From the NCBI GenBank assembly GCA_905372095.1, contig CAJPNK010000001.1:219521-283520 (forward strand): a stretch of DNA of 64,000 nt, written 5' to 3'. Below, one piece after another: positions 60,195 to 64,000 of this stretch. Source of the DNA: Candidatus Saccharimonadota bacterium. Its GTDB lineage: Bacteria; Patescibacteriota; Saccharimonadia; Saccharimonadales; Saccharimonadaceae. How positions within the stretch are numbered: the first letter of the stretch is position 1; each line of letters opens with the position of its first letter. Below the pieces are notes generated by a model, which was not told the origin of the DNA, searched no databases, and saw only the letters and a list, made by a program, of their open reading frames with translations. A program made the translations under genes and the position numbers.

Positions 60195-60286
60195 GTGGTA
60201 CAGCTAGGGGTGTAAAGTGTTGACACTCAATGCAGGTTACGATAAGCTAACAGATGTAAACCAATACTAATAGGAGGTATAAAACA

Positions 60287-60493
60287 ATGGCTTACAAGCA
60301 CACGAATTCAAAGGGCGTCACTTATTATCTACACAAAACTGAAGTTACACTTCGCGGCGGCAAACCGCAAACCATCTACTTTTTCACTAAGGTAGAGAAA
60401 AACGAAAAAGGCGAGCCGTGCGACTTGCCAGAGGACCGCGTCGTTAAAGAAAACCCGCGCAATGGCTTTCTGACAGTTTCTAAGAAGAAATAA
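60287..60493 (+). CDS. Small basic hypothetical protein, 68 aa
   Basis: Own promoter TTGACA-N17-TAAGCT, TAGGAGGT SD, downstream terminator. Confidence 0.85.
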   Translation: MAYKHTNSKGVTYYLHKTEVTLRGGKPQTIYFFTKVEKNEKGEPCDLPEDRVVKENPRNGFLTVSKKK

Positions 60494-60508
60494 ATTTTGC
60501 TGTTTTTT

Positions 60509-60540
60509 AAAACCCTCGGCTTGTCAGCTGAGGGTTTTTT
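60509..60540 (+). terminator. Intrinsic terminator
   Basis: AAAACCCTCGGC-TTGTCA-GCTGAGGGTTTTTT. Confidence 0.85.
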
Positions 60541-60666
60541 GTGGTGGCGAAGTGCTTGCGTTTAGATAGTAAGTTTGCTACTCTAGATATGTAAACAAAC
60601 AGGTGCACAAAATTACCTCCCCGATTACCCTAAGGGAGGTTTTTTGATCTCTGTGGTTGATTATGG

Positions 60667-60742
60667 TGGTGGGGGCGGTTGGAATCGAACCAACGACCAA
60701 CAGGTTATGAGCCCGCTGCTCTAACCCCTGAGCTACGCCCCC
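60667..60742 (-). tRNA. tRNA with CAT anticodon (probably Ile2/lysidine; elongator Met not excluded)
   Basis: GGGGGCGTAGCTCAGGGGTTAGAGCAGCGGGCTCATAACCTGTTGGTCGTTGGTTCGATTCCAACCGCCCCCACCA; G1:C72 paired so not initiator. Confidence 0.92.
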
Positions 60743-60850
60743 ATTGCTGATATTATAGCGTAAAATCATTACGACGTACAGATTATTTGTTGACTGGCTC
60801 GATTTGCTTATGTTACTATGTCAAGTACATAACCCAAGTGAGGTAGGAGT

Positions 60851-63800
60851 ATGAAAATACACAGGAAAAATATCAAATATAAATATCGCCGTATTGGCGT
60901 TGGAATAACCGTATTCATTGCGGTATTAAGTTTGGTGCTGGTGAATTTGCCGCGAGCTCAGGCGTCGCAGCTTAACAAAAAGTACTCTTTTATTAAAACC
61001 AATTACACCGTCCCAACGAGTAATGTCGCGTGGGTAGCGCCGAATGGCAACGACACCTCAGGTAATGGTTCCGAGGGTTCGCCGTACGCTACATTCAAGA
61101 AAGCTCTCAGCTCTATTAGTAATGGCGGCACGGTAGTCGCGAAGTCGGGTATTTATCGTGAACCGCATTTTTTCATCTCTGGCGATAATGTGACTATTCA
61201 AGCGGCGCCGGGGGCAGAAGTTTGGCTAAAGGGCAGCGATGTCGTAAATTCATGGACTAGTGAAAATGGCATATGGAAAACAACTGGGAATTATCACAAC
61301 TTCTGTCATGTTTGTACCACAAATGCCAATCCAAGCGTTGAAGGTACCGCGGCCTACCCAGAGCAGGTCTTCATTAACGATGAGCCACTAAAGCAGGTTA
61401 AAACCAAAGCAGAAGTAACGCCTGGTAGTAATACTTTTTATGTAGAAGACAACACTCCTACTACGCTCAAAACCCCTAACAATAATGCAGACGGCTATAA
61501 TATTGGCCAGCAAGATGCGATATCTTATTATATTGGCAAGAATCCAGCTAGCGGCGTAACCGAGATATCAGAGCGGGCGCGAGCTTTCACTAGTACTGGC
61601 AAAAACGTCTCCGTGAAAGGCATTAACGTTGCTCAGTATTCGCCTGTTCAGGTTTGGGGTTTTAAGGATCCTTACGATCCTGCCGCTGAAAGAGGGGTTT
61701 ATTCGGGCCCAACTGCGGTGAGTATTAATGGATCTGGCTCGTTAGTTCAAGATATGATTGTCACCCAAAGTGCAAGCCAAGGCCTGTTCTTTAACAAAGC
61801 AGAATCGTCGACGGCGCGCGGCGTAAAGGCGATAGATAATGGCGGCTCGGGAGTTGGGGCTAACAAATCTCACAACACAGTATTTACTAACGGTGAATTA
61901 TATGGCAACAACGCGGAAGGTTTCTTGACGATTGGCTGCGGAGCTTATTGTACGATGGCCGATATCAAAGTTACACATACGCGAAATTTCACATTCCGCA
62001 ATAATATTGTTGATTATTCTCGCGACACTAAAGCGTATTCTACTGCTGCTAACGCCAATAGCGAAGGTATGATTGGCTTTTGGTGCGATGAAGGTTGCGT
62101 AGAAACGAAAATCGTTGGCAACTTCTTTACTAATTCTCCGCTTGCTATCATGTATGAGGTTTCTGGTAATGGTATAATTGCTTCTAATATAATCGAAAGT
62201 TCCGGTACGGGTATTCGTGTAGCCGGCAGCGATGATGTTAAGGTGTATAACAATACCATATCTCGCACTTATCGGCCAATATACATATTTGAAGACAGTC
62301 GTGTTGACGGATGCAATTATTGGAAAGGCGGGTCCTGCGTAGCTAACGAAAGCTGGTCGCAGGGACTAGGTCTAGATTGGAATACTTCGGGCGTTGAATT
62401 GTATAACAACATTATATCTTCGCGGCCGTTAGCTCGAGCAGAGGATCTTTCTGGCGGTAATTATCAACGCGCGTATTCACTGCGTGTTGAAGGATCTCAG
62501 AACGATCAAAATAGACCGTATGTCGATGCCAACGATATGCTCAAAGGATTTGATTATAATGTATATTACCGTAACGAATCAGACGATATAAATTTGTCGG
62601 TGTGGGATTTCAAACAGATTCCTTCAAAGACTGATACAGTTATAAGCAGAGCTTCTGATATCGCGAATAATCCAAAATTATCGAACTCGATTGACGGCCG
62701 CGATGCGCATTCGCTTGATACTTTTGGCTCGCGAGCAAATAATCCGTATTTCGTGAAAGAAGCAGCAAATAATAACGACTACAAAAAGAGCAATTACAAT
62801 CTCAAACCAGGTAGCCCAGCCATCAACAAGGGTAAACCGTTATCGAGCGACGTAGCGCAAGCGATTGACCCAACAGGCAAAACTGTTAAAGCTGGCGTAC
62901 CGGTAAATGCTGGTGCTCTGGTTAATGTGTTGATGGATGCGACGGGCGGGCAGACTCCGCCGACACCTCCAGTAACTGTCAATATTCCTGATGCTGGCCT
63001 CAAGGCAGCTATCAATAAAACACTTGACAGCAATCGTCCGAGCACTCAGGATATCACAGTGGACGAGCTAGCTCAGTTGACGCAACTTACCGTAGATGGC
63101 GGTGTCAAAGTCAAAAATCTAACAGGTCTCGAGAAGGCAACTAATTTACAAGAGTTGAAGATCGACAATAACGAAGTTGCTGATTTGGCGCCTTTGTCAT
63201 CGTTAGCAAAATTGACCAAGTTGACAATGACAAATAACAAAGTCGCGTCGATCGAACCGTTGGCGCATTTGGCTAACCTAAGCGTACTTTTAGCGTCTGG
63301 TAATCCGATTGCTTCGACCAAGCCGCTAGCTAATCTGACGCATTTGACACAAGTAAGTGTAGATAGTAAATCGACAGCGTTTGATATTTCTGATTTTGCC
63401 AAGAGTGCGGGCACCTTGACGACATTGCAGTTGTCTGGTGCTGATAATGGTACGCCGCAGCTAGTGCATAGCGAAGTTCTAAAGCAACTTACTAAAGTAA
63501 CGACTCTCCAAGTATCGTCAATTTCGTTAACTAATAGCGATCTGAATAGTATTGGCGCGATGACGCAATTAACGTCACTGCAAGCAGACCGCAGTAATAT
63601 TAGCGATATGTCGTTTGCGGGCCGCTTAACTAAATTAACTAAGCTTGACGTTTCTAATCAGCGTGTCCGTATGAGTACGAGTACAACGCCGTTTGCATCG
63701 CCGCTCAAAGATATATCGGGTACGGCTGTTGCTATAACCAACAGCGCTGATTTGGCTAATGATGGGGCTGGTCGTGTCAAAATTGTCTCGCCAATTTATG

Positions 63801-64000
63801 ATAATAATGCTCATGAGTTGTCAGCAACTTGGGCTAAGAATGTTACAGTTGGCACTGCTACCGCCCAATTCAACGGTCAACTAACAGTGTCTGCAACGCT
63901 GCCAAAAGCTGATAAAGCTCAGCTCCAAGCGCAAATTGATCGCGCGAATAACTCTGCAGATTATATCAAAGCAGATGCGGCGGTAGCCAGTGCGCTGTCA
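60851..64000 (+). CDS. Large secreted protein: right-handed beta-helix, internalin-like LRRs, FIVAR-like repeat (3' end outside window; not in ORF track)
   Basis: TAGGAG SD; signal peptide; WVAPNGNDTSGNGSEGSPYAT; VNIPDAGLKAAI cap, LTGLEKATNLQEL LRRs; ADKAQLQAQI; same frame at start, middle and end. Confidence 0.85.
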   Translation, partial: MKIHRKNIKYKYRRIGVGITVFIAVLSLVLVNLPRAQASQLNKKYSFIKTNYTVPTSNVAWVAPNGNDTSGNGSEGSPYATFKKALSSISNGGTVVAKSGIYREPHFFISGDNVTIQAAPGAEVWLKGSDVVNSWTSENGIWKTTGNYHNFCHVCTTNANPSVEGTAAYPEQVFINDEPLKQVKTKAEVTPGSNTFYVEDNTPTTLKTPNNNADGYNIGQQDAISYYIGKNPASGVTEISERARAFTSTGKNVSVKGINVAQYSPVQVWGFKDPYDPAAERGVYSGPTAVSINGSGSLVQDMIVTQSASQGLFFNKAESSTARGVKAIDNGGSGVGANKSHNTVFTNGELYGNNAEGFLTIGCGAYCTMADIKVTHTRNFTFRNNIVDYSRDTKAYSTAANANSEGMIGFWCDEGCVETKIVGNFFTNSPLAIMYEVSGNGIIASNIIESSGTGIRVAGSDDVKVYNNTISRTYRPIYIFEDSRVDGCNYWKGGSCVANESWSQGLGLDWNTSGVELYNNIISSRPLARAEDLSGGNYQRAYSLRVEGSQNDQNRPYVDANDMLKGFDYNVYYRNESDDINLSVWDFKQIPSKTDTVISRASDIANNPKLSNSIDGRDAHSLDTFGSRANNPYFVKEAANNNDYKKSNYNLKPGSPAINKGKPLSSDVAQAIDPTGKTVKAGVPVNAGALVNVLMDATGGQTPPTPPVTVNIPDAGLKAAINKTLDSNRPSTQDITVDELAQLTQLTVDGGVKVKNLTGLEKATNLQELKIDNNEVADLAPLSSLAKLTKLTMTNNKVASIEPLAHLANLSVLLASGNPIASTKPLANLTHLTQVSVDSKSTAFDISDFAKSAGTLTTLQLSGADNGTPQLVHSEVLKQLTKVTTLQVSSISLTNSDLNSIGAMTQLTSLQADRSNISDMSFAGRLTKLTKLDVSNQRVRMSTSTTPFASPLKDISGTAVAITNSADLANDGAGRVKIVSPIYDNNAHELSATWAKNVTVGTATAQFNGQLTVSATLPKADKAQLQAQIDRANNSADYIKADAAVASALS

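Noticed and set aside
31903..60742. Integrated element at either tRNA
   Set aside because: No duplicated tRNA 3' end, integrase or phage genes seen in the window
60578..60769. 63-aa minus-strand ORF
   Set aside because: Overlaps the tRNA gene

Overview
Chromosomal segment of a small-genome bacterium, most consistent with an oral Saccharibacteria (TM7/CPR) lineage. This is inferred from gene content (arginine deiminase operon, pilB/C/M/N/O block, short ComEC, CPR-type hypotheticals), not from a marker gene. Standard code 11; TGA ends many genes. In order: polar amino acid ABC importer; arginine deiminase operon with arcA and arcB fused in one ORF, then arcD, a DDAH-family amidinohydrolase with altered active-site residues and arcC; CIRCE-controlled groESL; heterodimeric ABC exporter; AT-rich DUF4238 gene (candidate antiphage); UbiB/ABC1 kinase bracketed by two tiny 2-TM proteins, then a TylF methyltransferase; MacB-type ABC/PadR/PspC operon; GT2-GT39 fusion with an OmpR-family two-component system; dsbA-like, CBS protein, CIRCE-dnaJ, tRNA-Lys, comEC, yebC, Cys-repeat surface protein, ruvC, PBP1A, ruvAB, pilin, recA/recX, type IV pilus genes, aspS, a NUDIX/serine hydrolase/CYTH/HD run, trmB, murC, tRNA(CAT), and a large beta-helix/LRR surface protein running off the right edge. 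Most notable signals: three identically spaced TTTAAG-N5-TTTAAG-like boxes 10 nt upstream of -10 hexamers around the two-component locus (CiaR-box architecture), the ArcA-ArcB fusion with a divergent DDAH homolog, and widespread leaderless-gene architecture. No CRISPR array, rRNA, integrase or transposase was seen.
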